Position numbers and translations under genes: made by a program | Part shown: positions 36,904 through 44,745 of the stretch, piece by piece | Layout: each line of letters opens with the position of its first letter | Position numbering within the stretch: the first letter of the stretch is position 1 | The notes under the pieces: generated by a model | Told to the model about the DNA's origin: nothing | Database searches by the model: none | Seen by the model: only the letters and a program-made list of their open reading frames with translations | Virus record (IMG/VR): IMGVR_UViG_3300000358_000010 | Strand: one strand, 5' to 3' | Length of the DNA: 61,575 nt | From: a virus

Positions 36904-37313
36904 TTCAGCTTGTCTTTAATCCAAGAATCAATGTTGATGCCATGCTCTATGTCTGTTGGAATATCGGCATCTTCAGATTCTTCTCCAAAGCCTTCGTTTC
37001 TTCCTAATGTAGAAAGGATATAACGAATCATATTCCCGTCTGGACGTTCACGCCAACCTACGAAATTCCCATTTTCATCTTTTTCAGGAATACCTAAAGC
37101 AAGTATACGAGCGGAAACTAAACATTCATCAACCAAAGAACCACGTTCATCAGATATTGCCTCTTTAAACCCTGTATCTTCCTTTGCCCACTGGTATATG
37201 GTTTTCCGAGCCACCTTAAATGTAGCGGCTACTTTAGTCAGATTTCCTCCAGATTTACGAACTATCTTCCTAAACTCTTCTATATCGGGTTTCTTTGCCA
37301 TATCCTTGCGCAC
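36900..37313 (-). CDS. terS: Terminase small subunit (about 133-137 aa)
   Basis: HTH (LTKVAATFKVARKTIYQWAKED). Overlaps the terL start. Confidence 0.7.
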   Translation of the reverse strand: MRKDMAKKPDIEEFRKIVRKSGGNLTKVAATFKVARKTIYQWAKEDTGFKEAISDERGSLVDECLVSARILALGIPEKDENGNFVGWRERPDGNMIRYILSTLGRNEGFGEESEDADIPTDIEHGINIDSWIKDKLK

Positions 37314-37325
37314 GGGCGCGTGCGC
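37308..37325. other. GC-rich hairpin GCGCACG-GGCG-CGTGCGC at the terS start
   Basis: 7-bp all-G/C-rich stem in an AT-rich context, overlapping the terS start codon. Confidence 0.5.
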
Positions 37326-37343
37326 GTGTACTTGTTACTTTCG

Positions 37344-38072
37344 TTACTTAATCAATCTCAAAACATCTTCCCCTTTGACAAACTTATCATCTGTACTAAT
37401 GCCAAGTAAGTCGCAAAAGTCATCTTTAGCTTCATGGGAAGAAAAAGATAATGTTATAAAGGCTTCTTCGTTCTGTTGCCTTTCTATTGCGGATTCTTTT
37501 ACCTGCTGTTTGATAAATTTCATGTGTTCTTTTTTAGCTTCGTATGTCTTTTCATCCATTACAGGAGTTTCTATTTCATCGAACGATGATACAGGAGATA
37601 ATAAATCATCCAAAGAATCTGAGAAAGAAGGAATAGCTGTATTTATAGAAAGGATATCGTTGAGCTCCCCAATATCCAATCCAACATCCGTATAATCTAT
37701 ATCAGAGATATAGCCAGCTATAAGGTCTATATCCGGCTTCGTGTTTCCTACCGCCATGTATGTAAGCTGTTCCTTTTCTGCTTTATCGTCTAAATTCACG
37801 ACTTCAACCTTTACGTCATAATCAGTGCTTGGAGTACCATTATACTTGTAATGCAAATCCATTGCCTTTATTCTACGATGACCGTCTATTAGATTTCCTG
37901 ATTTTTCATTCCATACAATACCACCGAGAAAACCAATTTTCTGCAAATTTTTCTTTTGCAGCTTCACCTTTTCATCCGAATGTCTTTTAGGATTAATCGG
38001 ATTAAGGTTTATTTGGGAGCGTTTTATGACCCTTGTCTCACTTTGCTTTAGCTCTTTCATAATCGTATTCAA
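37344..38072 (-). CDS. ParB N-terminal-domain (ParB-like nuclease) protein (242 aa)
   Basis: NPINPKRHSDEKVKLQKKNLQKIGFLGGIVWNEKSGNLIDGHRRIKAM fits the ParBc pattern. Confidence 0.75.
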   Translation of the reverse strand: MNTIMKELKQSETRVIKRSQINLNPINPKRHSDEKVKLQKKNLQKIGFLGGIVWNEKSGNLIDGHRRIKAMDLHYKYNGTPSTDYDVKVEVVNLDDKAEKEQLTYMAVGNTKPDIDLIAGYISDIDYTDVGLDIGELNDILSINTAIPSFSDSLDDLLSPVSSFDEIETPVMDEKTYEAKKEHMKFIKQQVKESAIERQQNEEAFITLSFSSHEAKDDFCDLLGISTDDKFVKGEDVLRLIK

Positions 38073-38727
38073 ATAGTTTTCGTTCTACCAACGGATATTC
38101 GTTTATAACTCTTCCTAAATCTTTTGGGAAATTGTTACGAAGGAATAACAAGTAATTAATATCGGTAATATCTGTTCCGGATGATTGATGTTTTAAATCG
38201 TACGACTCCGGCTTTATTAAATTTTTCCGGCTGATATATTCTAATACATCCTTATTCTTGTATTCGGATAATGGATAACACTTCTTTTGCTCCTCATTAA
38301 TTCCATTCATGCCGTATGTACGTAGCATCAAACGCCTATTCATTGAATCAGACTGCTTGAACCCGAAGAAAGCCCATTCAATATTATATTTCTCCCGTAC
38401 TATATCGGTAAGTTGAGCCATATTGTACAGTTTCTGCTTCTCGTTCTTAACACAGCCTAAGTAACCAATACGCCTAAATGAATAAACAGAAAAATGTGGT
38501 ATCTGAATGTATTTCACATTCAGGTATTTGTTGCAGGTATAGTTGATATATCGATTAATGTGAGATAAGTCTTTGACAACATACATATAAACACATACAA
38601 TTTCTTTGAAATAGGGTGATATAAGGTCTAAAAGGGCTATACTGTCCTTACCCGATGCCGAGTGAAACAATATAACCCTGTCAGTCTTTTTTGCGACAGC
38701 TTTAATTATATCTATCGCTTTCTTCAT
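38038..38727 (-). CDS. PAPS-reductase-like / PP-loop ATP pyrophosphatase family protein (229 aa)
   Basis: VILFHSASGKDSIALLDL PP-loop motif. Paired with the ParB-like gene. Confidence 0.7.
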   Translation of the reverse strand: MKKAIDIIKAVAKKTDRVILFHSASGKDSIALLDLISPYFKEIVCVYMYVVKDLSHINRYINYTCNKYLNVKYIQIPHFSVYSFRRIGYLGCVKNEKQKLYNMAQLTDIVREKYNIEWAFFGFKQSDSMNRRLMLRTYGMNGINEEQKKCYPLSEYKNKDVLEYISRKNLIKPESYDLKHQSSGTDITDINYLLFLRNNFPKDLGRVINEYPLVERKLFEYDYERAKAK

Positions 38728-38870
38728 TAGACAACTCTACCTCCTATACGGCGGTTAATTCTCGCTCTTTGAGCGGCATTTCTACCGGTAGATTGAAAAC
38801 GACCTGCTTCATAATCTTTTCGACTTCGGTATTTTCTACCACTCGCATCAGTAGCATAAACTTCTGGCAT
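38727..38870 (-). CDS. Small Arg-rich ORF (47 aa), not in the track
   Basis: MPEVYATDASGRKYRSRKDYEAGRFQSTGRNAAQRARINRRIGGRVV*. Its stop overlaps the next ATG (TAATG). Confidence 0.4.
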   Translation of the reverse strand: MPEVYATDASGRKYRSRKDYEAGRFQSTGRNAAQRARINRRIGGRVV

Positions 38871-38932
38871 AATCCCTTTTTTTAGTTAAACAATCTTTTT
38901 ACCTACAAATGGAGCCACCTAAGCGGCTCGTA

Positions 38933-39385
38933 TTATTTCAATCCCGAATGGCTGATAATTTCACAAATATGCAAATAATAGAATAATGGCAACTCTTTAG
39001 GCGGGTTCTTTTTAAACGCTTCTAATTGTTTGTCGAAATCGTGAAAATCAAATTCGTCGTGCATGAATTTTATGCCTTCTTCTGTTATTTCGCCTATACC
39101 AATTTCATCAATGGCGACATCAAGTATCCATGGTGCACCAGTACTATAAAAATGAATAGCTTCTATATCAGTCCTCAAAATAGGTTGACATTCTTGCTCG
39201 CGTCCAGCTTTTCTCAATTCCTCATTTTCGTCAACTTGCGCAAAGTCCGTGAACATCTTCTCATATTTGGCACTAAGCATACGTGTTTCTATGCTCTTTT
39301 TGCCATTCAAAATATCTAAAGCGTTTTCTTTTGTCATTATGAGCGAATACGCTTCTATCTCTTGACCATTATAATTAATCTTCAT
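38933..39385 (-). CDS. ASCH-domain-like protein (150 aa)
   Basis: ALDILNGKKSIETR resembles the ASCH G-x-K-x-x-E-x-R motif (tentative). Confidence 0.5.
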   Translation of the reverse strand: MKINYNGQEIEAYSLIMTKENALDILNGKKSIETRMLSAKYEKMFTDFAQVDENEELRKAGREQECQPILRTDIEAIHFYSTGAPWILDVAIDEIGIGEITEEGIKFMHDEFDFHDFDKQLEAFKKNPPKELPLFYYLHICEIISHSGLK

Positions 39386-39497
39386 ATCACTATATCGTTA
39401 TAAAATTTATACTATAAAAGATAGTACCCCAAAGATACTACCACAACCAAAGATAACGAAATATCTTCAAATTCTATCTGTGACAATCAGTTTTAAG

Positions 39498-39704
39498 TCA
39501 CAAAATCTTTTTCAACCAGGCATCTCTTTTCTCTCTGCACGCCCCTAAAGTCGATGCACAACAGCTAAACAATTCACCACTTTCAATACGATAGTCATAC
39601 TGGTACATTCTCACTTTCTTACCTTTCAACCTAGTGTTGTAGGTGCAATAGTTTTCTTTACCAGGTTGGCATACGCTGTAACCGTTTTTGTTTATTGAGT
39701 TCAT
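39498..39704 (-). CDS. DUF3873-like small protein (68 aa)
   Basis: The YQYDYR..GELFSCCASTL..CREKRDAWL pattern, recalled from memory. Confidence 0.55.
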   Translation of the reverse strand: MNSINKNGYSVCQPGKENYCTYNTRLKGKKVRMYQYDYRIESGELFSCCASTLGACREKRDAWLKKIL

Positions 39705-40318
39705 CTTGATAATGGATTTAATTTGTTATATGTCCAACCGGCTTGTTTTAGCTTCTCTAAACCATCGGGTGATATTGCATAGTCTACTGGATGGGCAGAG
39801 CTATCACCAAAACCGCCAGAATAGAAAGTATCCATATGAAGAACACCAAGCGACTTAACTTCTTTTACTTTAGATTCTGTGTTACGCCAAAGGTGTTCTC
39901 TGTACTTCGAATTGCTCTCTTTATCTATTTTGACAAAATAGCCTTGCACGCCATAATAATCAAATTCAGAGATATGGATATACTTTGCCTTATCAACAAT
40001 CTGCTTCTGCAACCATTCTTCAGTTCTGAAATTATATTCAGGTGAAAGATATACCTGTTCAATACCCAATCCAAGATTCTTACTTTTTATTCTGTCAGTG
40101 TCTTTAAACTTCACGCCAGACATTGTACGATAAACAACTTTATCCTTATACGACCACTGGTTATCAATGTGGAATAACTTCGGATTATCAAGTATAAACA
40201 GCATCAAATCAGTTTTACTTACCTTCAGTTCTTTTGCCAGTTCGGGTATAAGGCAGTATTTTGAATTGTTTGCCATCTTAAGCAAATCTACTCTTCTTTT
40301 GATTTCTGCTATATCCAT
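39701..40318 (-). CDS. Hypothetical early protein (205 aa)
   Basis: ORF track. Overlapping stop/start with its neighbours. Confidence 0.6.
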   Translation of the reverse strand: MDIAEIKRRVDLLKMANNSKYCLIPELAKELKVSKTDLMLFILDNPKLFHIDNQWSYKDKVVYRTMSGVKFKDTDRIKSKNLGLGIEQVYLSPEYNFRTEEWLQKQIVDKAKYIHISEFDYYGVQGYFVKIDKESNSKYREHLWRNTESKVKEVKSLGVLHMDTFYSGGFGDSSAHPVDYAISPDGLEKLKQAGWTYNKLNPLSR

Positions 40319-40320
40319 AA

Positions 40321-40521
40321 TTATTCAGTTCTATAAGTTTTACCACAAAACTTTTCATCACCATCTACCAATATATGATAACCGATATAAGGCTTGTTCT
40401 CTTTATCGTTATGCTCTTTGCATTTAACCCTTGCTTCTTCGATTGTATCACATTTACACATGGTGTATTCGGGATAACCATCGAAGTATCTTACAACTCT
40501 ATATACCTTACTCATAATCAT
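40321..40521 (-). CDS. Hypothetical (66 aa)
   Basis: ORF track; tightly packed. Confidence 0.5.
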   Translation of the reverse strand: MIMSKVYRVVRYFDGYPEYTMCKCDTIEEARVKCKEHNDKENKPYIGYHILVDGDEKFCGKTYRTE

Positions 40522-40579
40522 TTATATTGCGGTAGCCCGAAGGCTATCGGGTTAAACCTTAATTAATTCTTTCTAATCT

Positions 40580-40771
40580 TTAAAAAAAACTCAAAGGTCT
40601 GCCATCATATATACCGCAATCATTTTCAACGAAACCACTTATTGCAATATTGTTGGCTACCATTCTATATTCTGCTACAATTTCACCGTCATATCTTTCG
40701 TACGTCCTTAATATTGTATATACAATCTCGATGCGACCGGGTAAAACTACTTCTTTATATTTTTCATTCAT
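40580..40771 (-). CDS. Hypothetical (63 aa)
   Basis: ORF track. Confidence 0.45.
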   Translation of the reverse strand: MNEKYKEVVLPGRIEIVYTILRTYERYDGEIVAEYRMVANNIAISGFVENDCGIYDGRPLSFF

Positions 40772-40795
40772 CGTAGTGTACGTTATGCAAGGCTT

Positions 40796-41002
40796 TCACC
40801 CTGCCAGTTCAACTTGTGCTATGTTTAATCTCTTGCCTCTCATTGCATTCAGTTCTGCTGCCATCTTATTTGCTGCTTCTTCTGTCACTTCTAAAGATGC
40901 CATGCTATTATCATATCCATCTATTACCAGATAATAGCCTCTTAACTTCTTTACATAGAACTCATTTGATTTATGCTTTTTCATATAACTCGTTACTTTC
41001 AT
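40796..41002 (-). CDS. Hypothetical (68 aa)
   Basis: ORF track. ACACGATTATG start context. Confidence 0.55.
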   Translation of the reverse strand: MKVTSYMKKHKSNEFYVKKLRGYYLVIDGYDNSMASLEVTEEAANKMAAELNAMRGKRLNIAQVELAG

Positions 41003-41014
41003 AATCGTGTGTAT

Positions 41015-41197
41015 TTAAGCGTTAATACCAATTGCTTTTCTCATAAAGTCACTTGCTTGCTCTACTGACATATTCAGCTTCTTTTGAATCAGGATAAGCA
41101 TACAGCTTACTTGTTCTTCTGTATCTAAGTTACCTTGTACAAACTCTGACATGATGAACTTTTCTATTGTTCTTTGCTTAATCACTGATGCTGCCAT
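41015..41197 (-). CDS. Hypothetical (60 aa)
   Basis: ORF track. ACGATTATG start context. Confidence 0.5.
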   Translation of the reverse strand: MAASVIKQRTIEKFIMSEFVQGNLDTEEQVSCMLILIQKKLNMSVEQASDFMRKAIGINA

Positions 41198-41227
41198 AAT
41201 CGTATATTTTTTAATTGTTATTCAAAC

Positions 41228-41389
41228 TTATGCTTCTCTATACCCCCTTGCATTCAACCAAGCTATTGCACCTTTGAGAGTTTTGAATCTTTTACTACTT
41301 TCTACTGCCGTACAAGCTGAATAGTTCTTTTCATCATGAATAAACAATGCACCTTCATTCTCACCTTTCTTATAAGAAATAATATTCAT
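41228..41389 (-). CDS. Small ORF (53 aa), not in the track
   Basis: MNIISYKKGENEGALFIHDEKNYSACTAVESSKRFKTLKGAIAWLNARGYREA*. Promoter box at 41431..41438. Confidence 0.4.
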   Translation of the reverse strand: MNIISYKKGENEGALFIHDEKNYSACTAVESSKRFKTLKGAIAWLNARGYREA

Positions 41390-41430
41390 ATCTTTAAGTT
41401 TTAATTGTTATTACTTCGTTTCTGATGATG

Positions 41431-41438
41431 CAAATATA
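41431..41438 (-). promoter_or_regulatory. -7 box (reverse complement TATATTTG) for the leftward early small-gene operon
   Basis: Lies 42 nt upstream of the ATG at 41389. Divergent from the promoter at 41606. Confidence 0.55.
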
Positions 41439-41605
41439 ATGATTAAAATCATACACACAATAAATAAGCGTATTGTTTGTATGGTTATTATCATACATTA
41501 ACAAAAAACAGCACAAGTATGACTATAATCTAAACATATTTTAAAATAAATGACTATATTCAATCAAAACAATAACAATTCATTTGTATATCCAGATTTT
41601 ACTAC

Positions 41606-41613
41606 TATATTTG
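41606..41613 (+). promoter_or_regulatory. -7 box TATATTTG for the HTH/TM pair
   Basis: Lies 24 nt upstream of the ATG at 41637. Confidence 0.6.
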
Positions 41614-41636
41614 CAACTGATTAAAATCATACATGT

Positions 41637-41891
41637 ATGGAAGTAAAGACAATAATCAAGCAGAAAGGCTTCACAATGGAAGCCGTTGCAAAAAAAATGG
41701 GAATAACAAGGGTTACACTTGCTCAAAACCTTAGTAGAAATCCGACAGTAGGAACATTGCAGAAAATAGCGGATGTTATCGGATGTAAGGTTGGTGACTT
41801 CTTTATCGATGATATGGATATTAAAGAGGATGAGAACACCATTATCTGCCCTCACTGTGGAAAGAAAATTAAAATAGAAAAAGGAGAATAG
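41637..41891 (+). CDS. XRE-family HTH protein (84 aa) with a C-terminal CxxC
   Basis: KQKGFTMEAVAKKMGITRVTLAQNLSRNPTVGTLQKIADVIG, and ICPHCGKKIKIE at the C-terminus. Confidence 0.8.
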   Translation: MEVKTIIKQKGFTMEAVAKKMGITRVTLAQNLSRNPTVGTLQKIADVIGCKVGDFFIDDMDIKEDENTIICPHCGKKIKIEKGE

Positions 41892-41893
41892 CT

Positions 41894-42571
41894 GTGGATG
41901 TTAATACAATTATCAATATTGTTGCTATTATCTTAGCAGTAGGCAACTTTATATGCCTTTATAGCATATCTCGAAAGAAAGCTTACAATGAAGAGAAAGG
42001 AAAGAATCTTGCCACTAAAGAAGATATAGGTAATATTACCAATGAGATAAAATCTGTTGAAAGTAAATTCACAATACTTACAAATCTGCATTCTGGAATA
42101 TTATCTGAAGAAAGAAATACAATTATCGAGTTCAATGAAAAATATTCTTTATGGGTTGGAAGTTATATGATTAATTGGAGGCTCAATAGCAATAATAATA
42201 TTGATGTTGATGAATTCTCAAGAATATTAGAAAAAAATCAAGAATTATGTTATATATCCCTTTCTAAATTTGAACTTTTCATAGAAGACGAGGAATTAAA
42301 TCGCTTAGCTCAAGAATTAATTATTAAGGCGGCACAATTAGAAGGATTAAGGAGTATTATTGAAGAGATACGTCCTTTAAATATCTTGTTAAATTCTGCT
42401 GAAGCGCAAGAAAGAAAAATCCAAGAAGAGCTAATAAAAAGAAAAGTGGAATTCCTTAAATCATACAATAATCAATATACATCATTATATAGAGAAATAC
42501 CTGCAATCTTAAATGTCTTTCAACAGAAATGCCGAGACAGAATTTATAAATTATTAAAGCCGGAGCATTAA
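41894..42571 (+). CDS. Membrane-anchored coiled-coil protein (225 aa), function unknown
   Basis: GTG start 2 nt after the HTH stop. N-terminal TM segment IINIVAIILAVGNFICLYSI. The rest is helical. Confidence 0.65.
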   Translation: MDVNTIINIVAIILAVGNFICLYSISRKKAYNEEKGKNLATKEDIGNITNEIKSVESKFTILTNLHSGILSEERNTIIEFNEKYSLWVGSYMINWRLNSNNNIDVDEFSRILEKNQELCYISLSKFELFIEDEELNRLAQELIIKAAQLEGLRSIIEEIRPLNILLNSAEAQERKIQEELIKRKVEFLKSYNNQYTSLYREIPAILNVFQQKCRDRIYKLLKPEH

Positions 42572-42581
42572 ACTCCGGCTT

Positions 42582-43019
42582 TCAATTGATTAGTCCTTTG
42601 AATCTTAACCGATTAATAATCTCGGTATAAAGATAGTCTATATCTGCACGATAATCCTTATAATTGTTATAGTAAAACATGACATCAACGCAAAGGTTAG
42701 AAATTCCTGTCGGAGCTTTAAAGCCCAATATACCGGCAAGTATATCACGAATCCCCTTTGCAATCTTACCACCAGCCAATGTACTGGGGGAATAAAGAAA
42801 CAGAATAATGAAAATGAATTTCTGGCGGAAGCTGGCACCGGCCCTTCTTTCGGGTAATCCGCAATTCCCCACAACCTCACAGTACCATTTGTATATTACA
42901 GGAATAATATTAAGATCCGATAAAATAGGTTTGATCAGTTCTTGCTCTCTCTCCGAGAGTCTTGATTTCTGCTCTCTGATAAATTTAAGCTCCGATATTG
43001 CTGAAAATTCTCTCACCAT
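42582..43019 (-). CDS. Hypothetical protein (145 aa)
   Basis: ORF track. Convergent with the TM gene. Confidence 0.6.
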   Translation of the reverse strand: MVREFSAISELKFIREQKSRLSEREQELIKPILSDLNIIPVIYKWYCEVVGNCGLPERRAGASFRQKFIFIILFLYSPSTLAGGKIAKGIRDILAGILGFKAPTGISNLCVDVMFYYNNYKDYRADIDYLYTEIINRLRFKGLIN

Positions 43020-43020
43020 A

Positions 43021-43067
43021 ACACGATTATTTTAAAAGTAAATAGTATATTTGCATCATAATCGTGT
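43021..43067. promoter_or_regulatory. 10-bp inverted repeat ACACGATTAT / ATAATCGTGT flanking a plus-strand -7 box (43046..43053)
   Basis: Exact inverted repeat with a 27-nt spacer containing TATATTTG. Confidence 0.55.
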
Positions 43068-43070
43068 AAG

Positions 43071-43113
43071 AGAGGAAGAATCTTGATTGGTCGTGCGGTC
43101 TGGTTCTTCCTCT
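43071..43113. terminator. 10-bp-stem hairpin AGAGGAAGAA / TTCTTCCTCT (23-nt loop)
   Basis: Lies about 20 nt downstream of the predicted plus-strand start. Also sits directly after the minus-strand ORF at 43115. Confidence 0.5.
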
Positions 43114-43114
43114 T

Positions 43115-43291
43115 CTATTTTAAAGACTTATCTCTTTCCTGAATAATCTTGTTTCTTTCATCAATATTCCTCCCCCAGATTGCAGCCGAGTAAAGTGCTC
43201 TAGAATACAAAAAAAGTTCCTTACTTGACGAAAGGAACTCAACTTTCAAAGCAGACTTTATTGAGTCTGTCAATAAATCATTGTCTATCAT
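43115..43291 (-). CDS. Small ORF (58 aa), not in the track
   Basis: MIDNDLLTDSIKSALKVEFLSSSKELFLYSRALYSAAIWGRNIDERNKIIQERDKSLK*. Confidence 0.3.
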   Translation of the reverse strand: MIDNDLLTDSIKSALKVEFLSSSKELFLYSRALYSAAIWGRNIDERNKIIQERDKSLK

Positions 43292-43311
43292 AATTATTGA
43301 GTTAATTTTTA

Positions 43312-43485
43312 TTTTCTGAAAAACATATCTCCACTGATCGCTCGTGCGGTATCATCTCCTGTAAGACGTATGTACCGGAAGAAGTTATGCTCACTCCGGT
43401 GCCCAGTGAGTTTCATAATCTCCAGTGTTTTCATCCGGCCGGTGAGATACATGTTAGTGGCGGCTGATCTCCTGCCAGAAGTGAT
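43312..43485 (-). pseudogene. Remnant of a tyrosine recombinase C-terminus (catalytic box II region)
   Basis: Minus-strand translation SGRRSAATNMYLTGRMKTLEIMKLTGHRSEHNFFRYIRLTGDD... fits the Bacteroidetes integrase motif RRSxATN..Y......iM..TGH......Y. Bounded by a stop upstream. No N-terminal part is present. Confidence 0.7.
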
Positions 43486-43606
43486 TTATATAGTCCTTTC
43501 TCGCTTGGCGGGACTGGACCGGTTGTGATAATTGTAATGCTTTGATCATATCATTTAAAAGGTTATTAACTATTTAATTCTTTATCGGGCTATTTTTTTA
43601 TTGAAA

Positions 43607-43786
43607 TCAAGCCCAATATTTTCCAAAACGATTGCATTTTATTATTTCATCTAATTTCAATTGTTTCCGACGGAACTTATTTATAGCCCGTTTCTCAAAC
43701 TTTCTTTTTTTAGAACTGCAATGCTTCTTATCCATTCGACATTGGCGGCAATGGCATATCCCAATGCCTGTATGTGATTCCTTCAT
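43607..43786 (-). CDS. Small basic Cys-rich protein (59 aa), not in the track
   Basis: MKESHTGIGICHCRQCRMDKKHCSSKKRKFEKRAINKFRRKQLKLDEIIKCNRFGKYWA*. Starts 4 nt after the upstream stop. Confidence 0.45.
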   Translation of the reverse strand: MKESHTGIGICHCRQCRMDKKHCSSKKRKFEKRAINKFRRKQLKLDEIIKCNRFGKYWA

Positions 43787-43790
43787 ATCT

Positions 43791-44267
43791 TTATTGTTGA
43801 ATTATTCTACAAATACACTCAACTAATAGAACGAAAAAAGTAATGATAAAAAGAGATTTCCAAAACCTTATTCTCTTTTTATTTCTTTCTTCTAATTCCC
43901 TGTAAATTTTGTCAAATATCTTTTGGCAATCGTCTTTATAATGCTTAAATTTCTCTTCAACATAACCTGCGATGTCATCAACAATAGCATACTTTATCTT
44001 TTCCGGAACAGACATAGGGTATTCCCTTTCACTATAATTTAGTTCGGATACAACAGAATGCCCCCTTAGCTCATCCACGCCTCTTATTTTAAACTCCAGT
44101 TTGATAGGATTCATACCATTATTAAGATAAGCTCTGAATTTCTTTTCAGCAAGCTTCTCTATTTTCTCACCATTAATTTTTGCCATACGTTCTATTTCAA
44201 GAAAATATTTCTCATCTACAACATAGGCGGTTGAATTAAATTTATATCTAAACTTTATCTCACTCAT
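43791..44267 (-). CDS. Hypothetical protein with a C-terminal TM anchor (158 aa)
   Basis: ORF track. C-terminal segment FWKSLFIITFFVLLVECICRII. Confidence 0.6.
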   Translation of the reverse strand: MSEIKFRYKFNSTAYVVDEKYFLEIERMAKINGEKIEKLAEKKFRAYLNNGMNPIKLEFKIRGVDELRGHSVVSELNYSEREYPMSVPEKIKYAIVDDIAGYVEEKFKHYKDDCQKIFDKIYRELEERNKKRIRFWKSLFIITFFVLLVECICRIIQQ

Positions 44268-44277
44268 TTCTGTTTAG

Positions 44278-44472
44278 TTAGAAATTAATATACTCACGTC
44301 CTTTGTTGGTGGGACGATAAACAACATCACCGAACGGTCCAGCCTCTTTTGTCAATAAGCCGTTTTCTACCATTTCATCTAATTCATCAAACGGTTTACT
44401 ATAACCACCCCATCCTTTTTTACAGATGTTTCCTAAATGGATTATCTGCATTTTACTTAATTTTATATTCAT
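44278..44472 (-). CDS. Hypothetical (64 aa)
   Basis: ORF track. Confidence 0.5.
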   Translation of the reverse strand: MNIKLSKMQIIHLGNICKKGWGGYSKPFDELDEMVENGLLTKEAGPFGDVVYRPTNKGREYINF

Positions 44473-44502
44473 AATATCCCTTTCTATTTGGTTATACGTT
44501 AT

Positions 44503-44664
44503 TTACTTCTTCTCGCCCTCATACACCAACAGAATCCTATCACAAAGCATCAATCTGTGTAATTTCTTGCGGGTTTGTTCAATACTGTCGGTCTCGATAT
44601 TTACGTTGTGAATATCACGGACTGCGCCAGTGACATACTCAACTTTAGCTATTAGGTGTTTCAT
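44503..44664 (-). CDS. Small ORF (53 aa), not in the track
   Basis: MKHLIAKVEYVTGAVRDIHNVNIETDSIEQTRKKLHRLMLCDRILLVYEGEKK*. Heads the leftward operon, divergent from the HNH gene. Confidence 0.4.
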   Translation of the reverse strand: MKHLIAKVEYVTGAVRDIHNVNIETDSIEQTRKKLHRLMLCDRILLVYEGEKK

Positions 44665-44712
44665 TGGAATAATTATTTTTCTATTTTAATTTATATACTC
44701 GAAGAAAACTTA

Positions 44713-44720
44713 TATATTTG
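44713..44720 (+). promoter_or_regulatory. -7 box TATATTTG for the HNH gene
   Basis: Lies 26 nt upstream of the ATG at 44746. Confidence 0.6.
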
Positions 44721-44745
44721 TTCTCAAACTAAAAGAGTTAATACT

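Noticed and set aside
41580-41855. 91-aa minus-strand ORF
   Set aside because: Antisense to the well-supported XRE HTH gene. Cys/Phe-rich shadow composition.
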